Below are positions 38,544 through 50,988 of a stretch of 64,000 nt of DNA, in pieces. The number at the start of each line of letters is the position of its first letter. The first letter of the stretch is position 1. A program made the position numbers and the translations under genes. Origin of the DNA: Lepidodermella squamata (lineage: Eukaryota > Animalia > Gastrotricha); assembly GCA_047495785.1 (NCBI GenBank), contig JBLDXI010000042.1:4898001-4962000 (forward strand). Direction: 5' to 3'. The notes below the pieces were generated by a model. It saw only the letters and a program-made list of their open reading frames with translations, was not told the origin of the DNA and made no database searches.

Positions 38544-38913
38544 ACAACACCGGAACCAAAATTTTGCCGTGGCTTTATTCGCACACCAGCTAAGCTTCAA
38601 ATTATACGTTCTCTAATTCGTGTTCCTCACGGGTACATAATTAGATAGTTCAGATCATTAGGTATTCAACTTGGGCAGGAGTCACGAATCTCAAGTCACG
38701 GCGATCTCTTAATCGTGCGAAGGAAAATGTCTACTTATATCCTGATTTTATTCTACCATTCTAAATCGTCGGCCCTTTAGTTTCATTTGAAGATTCAAGA
38801 CAGGTCATTTAAGATTCCCTGAACGAAGCGTAAAACTGACACCTGATACTCACCAAATATAGGTTCTCTAGTTCTGTGGTCATTTTCAAAGGCTGACAGT
38901 ACACTGAGGTAGC

Positions 38914-41229
38914 TCAAGATGTTCTGCGGCGCTTCAAAAGAGGATAATACCACGTGAGAGATGTGGTAGATGAGTAAATCAAGCTCCCGTACGCCACAGC
39001 TATTCGTTGATAAATGGAATTTCCGAGTACAATCACAATGAGAAGGACGCCGAGTAACAGAGTTGTTGCATTAGCTGTTCCTATCCTGATCGCTGAAATT
39101 TCTTTTTTCGAGAATCCTGATGCCGAAACATGACCTAATTGATAGCTGAACAGAAGACCCACAAATAATACAACAACGTGTAGGAATAGAATCGATAGCG
39201 ACCAGTTTACTGCATTTGAAGACGAGCACTGCGTTGTGATGGTTTCAAATTCAGTGTCAAAAGCTTCATCGTAAAAGGATTTGTTTGAAATTACACACGT
39301 GACCGGATCACTCAAGAACCACGCGGCCAGCAAAATTGCGTTTACAAGCGAAAATATGAAACTTGAAATCACACATCTTTTATCCAACCTGCTTCCGTTT
39401 GAATCTAAATCCGGTACACCCACCGAGTTATTTGGACGACTTGTAGAGACAGCTGCACCGGAAGATCTCAAAGGATTACTAATGGATCGGCCAATGGAAC
39501 TTTTAGTGCTTCCCATCTGATTGGTAGGAGCAGCCTCTACCCGCCGAATCAGCCTTCTTTTGGCAACTAGCCAAGGTCTCACCGTCAAAGTAGAATTCAT
39601 CAATGATCCGCCTATGATCAAACATATTATCGAGGCCATTGTGATAGACGAATCAAGACTTGCAGCTGAGAAAAGTCCAGCTGCAACATTGACAAGCAAA
39701 CAGCCAGCGGAACCTAATAACTTGCTAGACGCAAATGAAGAATTCAGTTTTTTCCAGAGAATATAGCCACTGACTAAAATTTGAGAAGCTCCAATAAAGC
39801 TAGCCAGAACTACCACTGAAACAAAAATTTCGTTGGATATCTTCGGGTGGATCAATTCAAGAATCGATCTATCCCTCGGGGCCGTCCAGTAGCTGTCAAG
39901 CTTATCCACCCATCTCAGGAAGTAGCTGTCGTATTCAAACTCAGTTGTGTTCGGAATTTGCTGGAATGTAGCAAGTGTTTTGAGGCCCTTGCCGGGTATC
40001 CAAAAATCAACCTCCTGCACGTCGGAATCTACATTACCGTAGCTATTGAACGACATCACATTGGGAGTGCGAAGGCCCATGATTTTTAGGTTCAAAAGAG
40101 ATTCATTAGCTACTTTTGAGATGTAGCTGGGATTATGGCGATAATCTCGAAGGGACATATTTTGCTTCCGCAATTTCTTCTCAGTGTCATCCAATGCTAC
40201 AATCACCCTCAGAGCAGCATCGTAGCAGAGAAATCGAGCTAACCAGTCAGCTGGTACTGTGCCATTAGTTTGATTCAGTATCATTCGATCAACTTCAACA
40301 GGAGTATGACCTATGTAAGACCTTTGACCGCTGCTCTCTGGGAGTGGAGTCAACAAATCCCCGAACCAAATTGTATATTTCATCTGCTCCAGAATCATTG
40401 CTTTTGTGCAACCAGGATAAAGGACATCTCCAGCAAAAGCTGGATCGACAAAAGCTCCAATATCTCCTAAAAAGGCATACTTAGGACCTGTAATACCTTG
40501 CTTATGGGCCTCGCACAGAATCTGGTTGGTTGTACTGTCCGAAGATGTTACAATGGCAATGATGCGCAAGTCCGAATCTTTAAGAAGCTTCATGTTTTGA
40601 GGATTCGCTTGAATAAACATATCAATCCAAGGAACCGAAACGCCAGCGGCTGTTGCTCTGTCCAAAAGAAAGATTGCCGATTCGTAATTGCGAAAACTGC
40701 CAATATTTGCGACGATAGCAAACTGGCGCCACTTTCCTACCTCTTTTATGAATCTGAGGTACGCAGCCATAATGTTTTTCTCAGTAGTTTGACTAAGGTA
40801 CATGTTAGGAATGCGCTCTCGCTTCGACAGGCCCGGAGCCATGCAATAAGTACTGAGGGCAGATGAATGAATCTGCTTCAACATCCGCCCCATCGTTAAA
40901 CAGCCCATTGAATATTGAGGTCCGACGATTAGTGGGGATTGGAAACTTTGGGAAGTCTCTTCGAAGCTACGAACGTAAGCCATGGCTTGCTTCGCAGACC
41001 CTTCACCAGTTTCTTCGTCGATATAACGCATTTCAATTTCGTAATCGGGCAAGATATTACTTTGAGCATTAACTTTGCTCGCGACTATATCGTTGGCTAG
41101 TATACATGATGTTCCGACGTTGAACGCGTCTTCGCCGCTTGTTGGCACCAAATGCATTAAGGAGATTGAATAAGGTTTCTTGGCTTCAAAGCCTGTTACA
41201 AAAATGACAGTAATAAGTAAAATAAACAT
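38914..41229 (-). CDS. GABA-B-receptor-like class C GPCR, intronless (paralog 2)
   Basis: 771 aa, colinear with and highly similar to 33905-36217. Confidence 0.9.
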   Translation of the reverse strand: MFILLITVIFVTGFEAKKPYSISLMHLVPTSGEDAFNVGTSCILANDIVASKVNAQSNILPDYEIEMRYIDEETGEGSAKQAMAYVRSFEETSQSFQSPLIVGPQYSMGCLTMGRMLKQIHSSALSTYCMAPGLSKRERIPNMYLSQTTEKNIMAAYLRFIKEVGKWRQFAIVANIGSFRNYESAIFLLDRATAAGVSVPWIDMFIQANPQNMKLLKDSDLRIIAIVTSSDSTTNQILCEAHKQGITGPKYAFLGDIGAFVDPAFAGDVLYPGCTKAMILEQMKYTIWFGDLLTPLPESSGQRSYIGHTPVEVDRMILNQTNGTVPADWLARFLCYDAALRVIVALDDTEKKLRKQNMSLRDYRHNPSYISKVANESLLNLKIMGLRTPNVMSFNSYGNVDSDVQEVDFWIPGKGLKTLATFQQIPNTTEFEYDSYFLRWVDKLDSYWTAPRDRSILELIHPKISNEIFVSVVVLASFIGASQILVSGYILWKKLNSSFASSKLLGSAGCLLVNVAAGLFSAASLDSSITMASIICLIIGGSLMNSTLTVRPWLVAKRRLIRRVEAAPTNQMGSTKSSIGRSISNPLRSSGAAVSTSRPNNSVGVPDLDSNGSRLDKRCVISSFIFSLVNAILLAAWFLSDPVTCVISNKSFYDEAFDTEFETITTQCSSSNAVNWSLSILFLHVVVLFVGLLFSYQLGHVSASGFSKKEISAIRIGTANATTLLLGVLLIVIVLGNSIYQRIAVAYGSLIYSSTTSLTWYYPLLKRRRTS

Positions 41230-41916
41230 TTGTTATTTTGGTTTGATTTTAATCGAATTGCTATTGACTAGTAGTGTCGAGACGACTACGAGACCTATAT
41301 GCAATTATTTGGGTAGACGTTGAATTTCCTGTTTTTCTCTATTTTCCTAACAGGAAGCAATGCTGTTAAGGCACAGACCGGATTTTACTCCGCTCTGATG
41401 CAAAATATTGGCTATTATTTTTGTTCACGCAGACATTGCCAGGCTCGGCTCTCGCGTGAAATATGAAACACTCATGTGTCAAAAACCGACGCCTGTGAAA
41501 GATAACAGACTATCGAGCTTGGGGGAGCCCAATAATACTTGTTCAGCGGGGCTATCATGTGATCCGCTAAATGAATATATTGTCCATCTTGGTCCATCTT
41601 GGTACAAAATGTCTGACAAGACATCAGCCAACCGATGCTGACTGCGAGGCTGTTCATACTTTGAATATTATATATTATTTCTACTACTATTCTGCACAGT
41701 ATAGTTTCAGTGTTTTGTATCTCAAGATCTCTCTTCTGGGATGAGCGTTGTATTTGTATACACTTTAAATAGTAGGAACTTAAGTTTTTAATCCTGAAGA
41801 GCGTATTAGAGATCAGGTTGATCTTTATGCTGAAGAGTTACAATAATTTTATACATAATATATGTAGTGATCACTCCGTGACCTATTTTGACCGATTTCA
41901 GGATTCGAAAGTCCGA

Positions 41917-42437
41917 ATTATGTATAAATAAGGCCCTAGGGAAGGCTAGTTTCGAGGAAAAACTCACATAATAAGGCGAGGCGAAGCCGAGTCTTATTAT
42001 GCGATTTTTCCGAGGAACTAGCCGTACCGTGGGCCTTATTAGACATATTACTCAAGGCGAAGCGTTCACCGTTCACCGTTAAAACTGCAATTTAAATGGA
42101 AAAATGTGACATAATAGGTGATTTTCTGGTGTGAAATGCTATTTTAAAAAATCAACCTTAAAACTGTACGATGAAAACGGCATTTTTGAACGAATTTCAT
42201 GCTAAAACAAGAAAAGTGATCTCGCTTCGCTCGAAGAGTTTCAAGTGCTTTTTCTCGCTTCGCTCGATGAAATCAGCGTCTCCTCGCTTCGCTCGGACGA
42301 AAACCTTGCCCCGTGATGCTCGCTGCGCTCGCGTTTCACGGCGGGGCAAGGTTTTCGCACCTTCGGTGCTCACTGTAAGAATTAAAAAATCCCCCTTAAA
42401 TAAGCGGTTTCTTATTATGTTATTATGTTATTATGTA
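41917..42437. mobile_element. Non-coding palindromic repeat element, possibly Crypton-related
   Basis: 114-nt imperfect hairpin 41927-42040 centred on gcgaggcgaagccgag; second hairpin 42298-42357; three ctcgcttcgctcg copies; bounded by ATTATGTA direct repeats; no TIR. Confidence 0.55.
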
Positions 42438-43140
42438 AGCTTCGCCTAGAGTAATATGCACAAATGAGCTTGAAAACGGACAGAAGTCATGCAAAACCGA
42501 GTGTAATACGGTTTCATTAATTGATTGATATTCGATCACTAGTAAACTATAGGTTTCACATCAATCCCAATTCAGCCATCTCTTTCAGGGTGACAAAACC
42601 TAGGACTTTGGCACTAAGAAGCAATAATTTCAACATGCCACTATCTGGACTAATTCCCGGGCTCACGTAGTCCGGTTTATACAAAAATCACGGTGATTAG
42701 GTCTTCATTAGCACTAGACCATACAAACTGTAGAAGGAATCATTTTCCCTGTCATTTCAACATAATTAACGTTATTTACCTTGGGGCTAGTTAGTCTTGA
42801 AACTCTCAAAACTAGCTCTACTGCGTTTGCGCGTAGAATAGGCTTACAGCCATAGTTCGATTGAGCTCAGATTTCAGCAATAACTGATGACTCACTGCAA
42901 TAAGAAGGTCAACTTTCTGATGCTCCGTGAGACGAAAAATCATAGACTGCGTCCTTCTATCACATGATAGGCACGTGCAGGTCTTTTGTCGCTAAATCGA
43001 TGACAGCGGGCTGAACATAACTGAGCAAGAAGCAGCTCAAAGTACAAAAAATTAAGCAAATTATTTATTTGAAGCCTGTGATAGTGTGCAGCATTGGCTG
43101 CATTCGATCTTTGAGAACTGTTACAATGAGAAAGAAAAAC

Positions 43141-44532
43141 TCAAACTTTAGATGTAATAATAGAGTCTTTGACGACTTTATCGTAACTAGGCGGTAGGTC
43201 ATCGACAACTTGCGGCCCAGTGACATTGACTCGCGGCATTTGAGCCACGTATGGCGGTAACGTTTCCATAGCCACAGCAACAGGAACGGCCACAGGGGCC
43301 GGGTAGACAACAGCAGGTGCAGGCGGGTGCTGATACGCCATGAGCCATGACGCACCCATCTGCGCGATCATTTTACGCTTTCGCACAATAGCGGAAATCG
43401 CCATGACGACAAAAAAGCAGGGGCCGATCACTCTGATGATGCTCACCGGGTTGATCACGACAACTGTATTGCTGGTCAAATTTTGATAAGTGATCGGTGG
43501 GTTAGTAGTCGCGATAACTCTGGCCGTAGCTATGGCTTCGATCGAAGCTACGAACTTTCGAACTGGCGGCGGGTCTTCAAGCGAGATTTTGACTCCGAAA
43601 TTAGATCCGGAGCAATTGTTAGCAGTGATATCTAGCGAGAAGTAGGTGCCATCCAAGCCATCCAGCTGCAGCGAATTTTGCTGCCACGAGCAAGCACCGT
43701 CTGGCCGTGGGAAGTTGACGGCAAACATCAAACGACCCAAACTGCTGATGTCAACTCGACAGCCGGTGGATTCAGGCTGAGATGAGCACGGTGCATTGAT
43801 TATGTTGACGCCCAGGAAGGGAGGCGCGCCATTGATGAACACCATGTCGTATCTGCAGGACATGTACCTGTTTGTGTACTCGATTTGTCGTCGACTTGGG
43901 CTGAGATACATTGGGTTACCGTTGCACCGCGTATCCTGGGCCAGTTTCACTGTTACGGCTGTTGGAGATAAAATATGAGAATTATTTCATCAGGTGAGCA
44001 GACTCTAGAATCACGACTTGTGTTTGTCTAAGGTATGTAATATTCTAGTTTTGCGCTTTCTGAGCAATCCCATAAGTGCAAGGATTTGTGTCTAAGGTAT
44101 GTAACTTCTTTCGCGATAACTCGAGCTCAGCACCCATCAGCATTATGCTAGGATTTTGCCTAAATCAAAAACTTGCCTGGTTTCAACTTAGTTTCATTCC
44201 CGCATGGCTGTACTGCTAATCGGGTACCATTGCCCATTCCTGATATCTGCGTTACGTTGCAGTTCGTTCTGTTCGCTTCCAATGAGACATTTTTCAATAA
44301 ATTCAATGACTGATTAGCCTTAGCAACTGCGTAAGACGCTGACAAATTTGTGACCTGATTCTGCTTCGTTATGTTGTAGAGGATTTGATCAAGACCTGGG
44401 CAAATATATTGTTGACAAAATGAAATACCATTGAACCTTTAAAAATCAACCTATTGTATGGTTTCCTAGCGTGTTCGACTGGCTTTCTTGCACCACGTTC
44501 CATAACAGGATTAAAAAATATATCGTCGCCAT
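43141..44532 (-). CDS. Single-pass type I membrane protein with cytoplasmic PY motifs, 3 exons
   Basis: MATIYFLILLWNVVQES signal; GC-AG intron 44176-43959; Cys-containing ectodomain; TM VIGPCFFVVMAISAIV-RKRK; tail with LPPY and LPPSY. Confidence 0.8.
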
Positions 44533-45087
44533 CTCAAAAATTTGAAATAAAGATGAGGATGCTCTTACCTCGTAATACATACTCAACTGCTAAACGCTGA
44601 CACTTTATCGATTTTAACTCGTGGGATGATGGCAATGTTTATCACGCCTTTTCATAAGTGTCATTAACCTGCGTAGTGATGATTCATTATGAAGGGAAGA
44701 AATTGAGCTGAATGATACCTTGGCAACAAAGACGATTCAGTAGGTGTGTTCCTGTATTGTTTTATTTCAATTTTTCTTCTCAAAAAAATATTATTAAATT
44801 TTCAAAAAAATTATAAGTATAACAACGGTAAGCATCTATAGGGGAATTTTTATATGAAGGACACTCACAAATAAAACTGTATAAATTTGCCTAGAATTTA
44901 CAGCTCCGATAACTACGGCTGAATGTGATATAAAGCATGATGAAATCCATCAATATGACAATAAATCGTGATTCATCAATTTAATTGAGAAATTATAATA
45001 AGGCCATTATTTCCTAATAGCGATAATAATCGAAGATAAAACAGACACAGGCACTAACAAATGAGGAGATTTTTGCTGTTCGATTAC

Positions 45088-45707
45088 TCATTTCTCACGG
45101 TTCGCCGCTTTACCAGCCAACAGCTGTGTTAATATTTTCCGCACTGAATCGTACATTTCCTTTTCCTTGGCCTGGTTTCGCACTTCGTTCAACCTGGCAA
45201 TGAAAGAACAAATTAATGAGAATGTGTACAACAATTTCCTCTCCCACTTTTTAATTTAAAAAAATATTGAAAAAAATGTTTGAATCATTTTAAAAAGGAA
45301 ATTTAATTTTAGAATAATTTCTAATTTTTTTGCTAATTTACGGGTTTATACTTACCACATGAAAAACGTCAACGGCTGCTTGCACATTTCAACAGGCAAC
45401 GATTTAGGACACTCGCCAGATTTCGCCTTGACAAGATCAGCGATCATTTTGATCAGTTGCTGGCGGCGAGTCGACGATCCAGATCCTAATAAATAGAAAA
45501 ATGCAATTTATGCTACTATAAATTTGGTCGAATTATTTTACCTGCTAAAATTTCACGCATCTGCTCAGGAGTTAAGTCCGAAGGTTCGTTCATCTTCTTA
45601 CGCCTCGCGCTGTTAACAGGCGAGGCCGAGGCGAATTCGAGGCTGATAATGAGGCATGAAGCCATGGCCAGCATGGCGAAGAGCCCGAATTGACGAATTA
45701 CGGCCAT
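45088..45707 (-). CDS. Small secreted protein, C-x8-C-x8-W family member 1, 3 exons
   Basis: Exons 45707-45542, 45485-45356, 45193-45088; signal peptide, RRKK, then CPKSLPVEMCKQPLTFFMWLNEVRNQAKEKEMYDSVRKILTQLLAGK. Confidence 0.85.
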
Positions 45708-47573
45708 TTTTACTATAGAATTTGTTAAATCACTATTAAAACTGTAATAAAAAAATACTACAAATTAGTTATGATAAAAATCGGAATTTTTTCTCCGCTT
45801 CCGTCGTAATAATCACGACCTCGATGAACGTAATTTTTGGCGAAAATTATTCATCCCCCGAATATAAGATGCGGAAAAAATGCGTTACAGACGCGTCTCT
45901 TGGGCATTCGGTTTTTTTTCCTATCTAACATCGAAAAACCATGCCGATGGAAATAAAAAAAATTGAAAAATTCGAACTTCCGGAAAACAGCATGCAGCCG
46001 CACTCAACCCGGCTCGATTTCGGGTGCTGACAAGTAGTTGCGGAGGAAATTATGCGCCGAGTGAGTGACCTACAGCAAATTAGCGCCAACACCTGGCTAT
46101 TGTGCAGGAGCGAAAATCGCTACTGTATGTTTCCTTAATCCGACGGCGCGTTTTGTCTACGAAAATCCGCGTAAATCCGCTCGGGACATTACGCGTGATT
46201 TCTCTGAAGACCCTCGCGATTTCCGATGGGGTTGGCAATGGTGTAATGCAATATTATTATACCGCGCGCAATTTTGTGTCCGCGGCTGCGTCAACACACA
46301 TTTTTTTCGCGAAATACATCGCATCGTAATTTGCTGACGTTATTTTAAGACACCTGAGGGCATTCTTGTCACGCGACGAGGCGAGTATGCTATTTTTTTA
46401 CTAGGGTCGGTTCAGACTGGTAAAAAATGGCGCGGGGGTGGGGATGCTTACTTTAATGCCAATAAATTCGTACATCAATTGCGCGCTAGAAATAATATTC
46501 TGGAAAATTTCGCGTCATATAGGTCATAATATTGGCCTAAAAATTGATAAAAATTAAATTAAAAATAAATCGTCATTCATTACTAATATTTAAAAATAGT
46601 CGCGGAAGTGCGTTTGTATAGCATCTTCACATCATGAAGTGGGAATGTCCGCTTTTCCCAGTCAATTGTCTTAATAAGTATGCCAGTGAAGCGTGAAATA
46701 TTATTGAATCTCCGCTTCACCCTGGCTTTGTTCGTACTGTAGCCGATAAAAAGGTTTAAAAACTTGACTATAATATGAATTTCTATTGCGCGGAGCCTCT
46801 GGCGTCAGAATTTTAGGTGAGCACCTGAGCTTTGTTTTCAAGGCTGAAATTAATGGTGATGGAAATTAAATAATAATGAATTAGCTGTGTTTTCAGTCCA
46901 TTACGACGGTCGCCCGCATAATATGATGTTGAATAACACATTATCTGCTAATTGCGAGGGAATTCGAAAAAATAGGAATTATTTTGGTGAAAAAATGTGA
47001 CTGCTTCAGAAAAGTTGAAAAAAATTCACCTAACGCGGATAATCATCACGTGCGTCGCTGGGAAAAATTCAATTATCTCATAATATATCGGCAATTTCGT
47101 TTCGATTGCGCGTGCGTGGTTTGATTGCGAGGCCTAATTAAGTGGGCGCGCGCAGGCAATAAAACTTAGTGGCGGCTAATAATTCCATTGTATCGATACT
47201 AGGCATTGAGCATAACTTCCAGTGCATAACCCTTGAAAATCGGAACTATAAGCGATTTGTGGGTGTTCAGATCACTCAGCCGTGACGAGACTGCAATTTC
47301 CCCATACCTGAGTCACGGACTATAGAATGTCCCAGACTTTGAATGGCCCAAAAAAGTGACCTGAAAATATATTTTCCAGCAACCGAAATTTGTCCTTCAC
47401 GCTTGAAAAGACAGTTAATTAAATTAAAAATTAGTACGCAAAAAAGAGAATATCGAATTATTAATATCTTTATTACGAATGTTCCTATCATACACTGATA
47501 TTATCGGCAAATTATTTTTGAAAAATTAGGAAACAATGTGTCACAATATTTGTCCGTCGTATATGCCATGGAA

Positions 47574-48582
47574 TTACTTGCCGATAATCCAGCAAGCCAT
47601 GTTGCGGACGTGGTAAATAGCCGTCGGAAGTGACGATGGCGTAGGCAGGGTGAGCACACTGGCTAGATTTTGCATTTCGTCCCAAGACAGCTTCGACACA
47701 AATCGGTGATTGCCAATATCGATAACGGTTGTGTGCTGAAGGTCCTTGGTCAGCTCGCTGATTTTAGCATCAGACGCGCCATCGGTTACGATCACAGTGT
47801 AAATTGGCTTCGATGCCTCGGATCCACCCAAAACTATAAAAATCGATACATTGAAAATTAAAAATTTTTTTAAATTTTTTAAACTAATTTAGAATTTTTT
47901 TGAATATTGAAAATAATTTTGCAATTTTTTTTAAATTAAAATTGCTACCGGTTGGAAGGCCGTTGTCGCGGTTCCAAAGAGCCAGCTTGGTCATGCGGCC
48001 GAGATTATTTTTGACAACTTCGGACAGAGGCGAATCTTCTGGCTTCGAGTAGGTCGGAACCGGCCACATTGTCTTCAAATTTCGCTTCAAATCGAAAAAT
48101 TCACCATAAGTCTCCATAATTTCGGTCTTTTCAATATCGCGGCCTCGAAGGTAGAATTTGCGCGGCGTTCCGCTTGACTTGTCGAAAATCACCGAATGGC
48201 ACAGCTCGGGCTTCAAGTCAAGCGTGGAAGCATCGATGAACATCTGAACCGAGTCGAAGTAGGACTTGGACGGGCTGCGGTACCGGCCTGAGTATTCGAG
48301 GAAGTAGTCGAGCGGCGATTCAGCCAGCATGCGATCGACCTTGTCCTTGGACGGGCTTGGCGCGAGGTCGATGACGAAATCGATTGAATTGCCTGATTGG
48401 AGATTTTTGTAGCATTCGCGCTGCTTGATACGGGCCGGGTTCTTCATCCAGTAGTCGCGATTTTCCTCGAATAGAACGCGGATGTCCTTGTCCCTCAACA
48501 GCGCCTTCTTCTCACCGGAGCTGATTTTGTACTCGGAGGCCGAAACCAGGCCGAGCGTGACGAGGATAGCGAAGAAAATCAT
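47574..48582 (-). CDS. Secreted protein with degenerate VWA-like domain (paralog A), 2 exons
   Basis: Exons 48582-47949 and 47833-47574; signal peptide; SIDFVIDLAPS...TVIVTDGAS...VIDIGN follow the VWA strand order. Confidence 0.75.
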
Positions 48583-48813
48583 TGGAGCGTAACGAGAATG
48601 CGAAAAAATAATTGAATAATCGAATGATGATTTTGGTCATCGAAAATTCAGTCCTTTAAATAACCATAATTCTAGTTTATTGCGTAATGGGACAATGCGT
48701 TACGCTTGAATTGTTTCGAAACTCAGTGAGGTTGTGGTATAAAAAGTTGGGTTAAAATTAAATTTTTCATCATCAATCAATCGATTAATCAATATTATTT
48801 TCTGCTCATAAAA
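48583..48813. promoter_or_regulatory. Probable bidirectional promoter of the VWA-like pair
   Basis: 231 bp between divergent ATGs; TATAAAA at 48738 (+), TATTTAAA near 48655-48662 (-), central TTGCGTAA bZIP-like site. Confidence 0.55.
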
Positions 48814-50331
48814 ATGTTTTTCCGCCTCGTCACGCTTGGCTTGGTCCTCGGCGCCGTCACCTGTACCCGGGACAAGTTCGAACTAGATGAAGATACCAAG
48901 TTGGAGCTGATCGAAGACAAGAACGAGAAAGTTTTCTTCAAGGAAACGGCCAAATTCTACCACTTCGACCCGCTGACTAAAATCGAACGCGAGTGCTTTT
49001 CGAAAATCAAGCCCGGCCAATCAATCGATTTCGTCGTCGACCTGGCTCCGAGTCCTAGCCTGGACAAGGTCGACAAGCAGGTCTCAGAATCGCCGCTGGG
49101 TTTGTTCTTCGAACGTGAACAGCTATCGCCGAGCAAGGCCTTCTTCGGCGCCGTTCAGCTGCTCATCGACACGGTCACGCTTGACGTGAAACCGGAACTT
49201 ACGCATTCGATTATTTTCGAGCAAGACCGCAAGTTTTTCATCCGCGGCCGCGCTGTCGATGACGATGAGGTGGTTCGCAAGCAACAAAGCGGCGCCTTCG
49301 AGGATAAGGAACGCAATTTGAAGACGCTATGGCCGACCTGTACTAAGGAGGTCGTTTCCAAGTTGGAATCAATTGTCAAGAATAACCTCGGCCGCATGAC
49401 TAAATTGGCGCTCTGGAACAGGGACAACGGTCTCCCAACAGGTAGTGATAAATTTTGATTTGTTGTGAAACATTTTTCAGTTTGAAATTTGATTTTTGAG
49501 ATTTTTGAAATTTTAATTCAAAAAAAGCAATAAAATTTTGAAATTTTGAAATCAAATTTAATCATTTTATTTTCAATTTGTAAATTTTAATTTTTTAATT
49601 TCAACATTCGAAATTTAAATAGGCCAAAAATCTATTTTTTTTATTCAAGCCATTTTCCGGTTCTATGTCAATTGAGCAAACGAAAATTGAGCAACGAAAA
49701 TAGAGCAAGGGCTTTTGAGCAACGATATTAGAGCAAACGAAATTAGAGCAAAACGACTTCTGAGCAAACGAAATTAGAGCAAAACGACTTTTGAGCAAAA
49801 CGAGATTAGAGCAAAACGACACGAGAGCAAATTTAATAATTAATTGCAGCTGTTGTTTATTTTAAATAAAATTTGCTCCCGTGTCGTTTTGCTCTAATTT
49901 CGTTTGCTCAGAAGTCGTTTTGCTCTAATTTCGTTTGCTCTAATATCGTTGCTCAAAAGCCCTTGCTCTATTTTCGTTGCTCAATTTTCGTTTGCTCAAT
50001 TGACATAGAACCCATTTTCCCATTTTTTATTCAATTTTTTATTTTAATTTTGTCTTCAGTTATGTTCGGCGAGCGTCATTCGGAGCCTTTCCTGACTATT
50101 GTAATCAGCGATGGCGCCTCTGGCAACAAATTGTCCGACTTGAGCGACGATCTAAGCCGTACGATAGTCATCGATGTTGGCAACAATCGATTCGTCGACA
50201 AGCTGTCCTGGGACGAGGTGAAACAGGTCAAGGGTGGCGTGTTCACGGCCGCTGCCCCGCATCAATTGCCCGTTTTCTATGACACAATCCGCACTATGGC
50301 GTGCAAGTGGGTTGAAAATGAATCTGAATAA
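48814..50331 (+). CDS. Secreted protein with degenerate VWA-like domain (paralog B), 2 exons
   Basis: Exons 48814-49441 and 50060-50331; shares VKNNLGRMTKLALWNRDNGLPT and the same phase-1 intron with paralog A. Confidence 0.8.
49659..50012. mobile_element. Foldback-type non-autonomous element in the intron of paralog B
   Basis: Near-perfect inverted arms starting GGTTCTATGTCAATT, built of about 15-bp GAGCAAACGAAATTA subrepeats around a short AT-rich spacer; exact 8-bp TSD CATTTTCC. Confidence 0.9.
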
Positions 50332-50917
50332 GCCGTGTTTGAACGACATCATCATCATCATGATTATTTGACTGTAATTTTCCAATATGCCACTGATCAT
50401 AAAATGCAAAATGATATAGGCCTTTGTTAAAATTTCACACGGACCACAACATGCTTTTTCAATAAAATGATAACAATAATCTAGCTGCCATGTTATTTTC
50501 AAAAATTAGTATTTAATCTGATAAAAACACAAATTTCCTGATATTTCTCTAGGAAAATTCCGATCGTTGTGAACATTTAATTTTCATTTCTCCTTAAATT
50601 TTATACAATTGTTTAATTTTCGATCTTCAATTCTCTTCTAAATTAATTCGTAATAGGTATATCGCTGGAAAATTGTGTTTCCAGCCCTTTAGGATACATA
50701 TACTAGAATGAGAATAATATGTAACGTTACAAAAATTGGTTTACCTTCTTTGCCTAAGCTCAAGAGAGGTTAAACAGCCGTATAGCCAGCATATTAAACC
50801 ACACTCTTTTATTAATGTTTGTGCATTTAGTATGTAACCTTGTATTAAGTAGCGCGTAAACAAAGTGCGCGAGGTGAGCGAGACTAGAGACGTTATACGC
50901 GACAATAATATGTAGCA

Positions 50918-50988
50918 GCATCGGTGGTTCAGTGGTAGAATTCTCGCCTGCCACGCGGGAGGCCCGGGTTCGATTCCCGGCCGATGCA
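50918..50988 (+). tRNA. tRNA-Gly(GCC)
   Basis: GCATCGG/CCGATGC acceptor stem, TGGTTCAGTGGTAGA D arm, CTGCCAC anticodon loop, GGTTCGATTCC T arm, downstream T-run terminator. Confidence 0.98.

Noticed and set aside
49601-50059. ORFs 49601-49822 and the first half of 49873-50331
   Set aside because: Translations of the foldback element arms; only 50060-50331 is exon.
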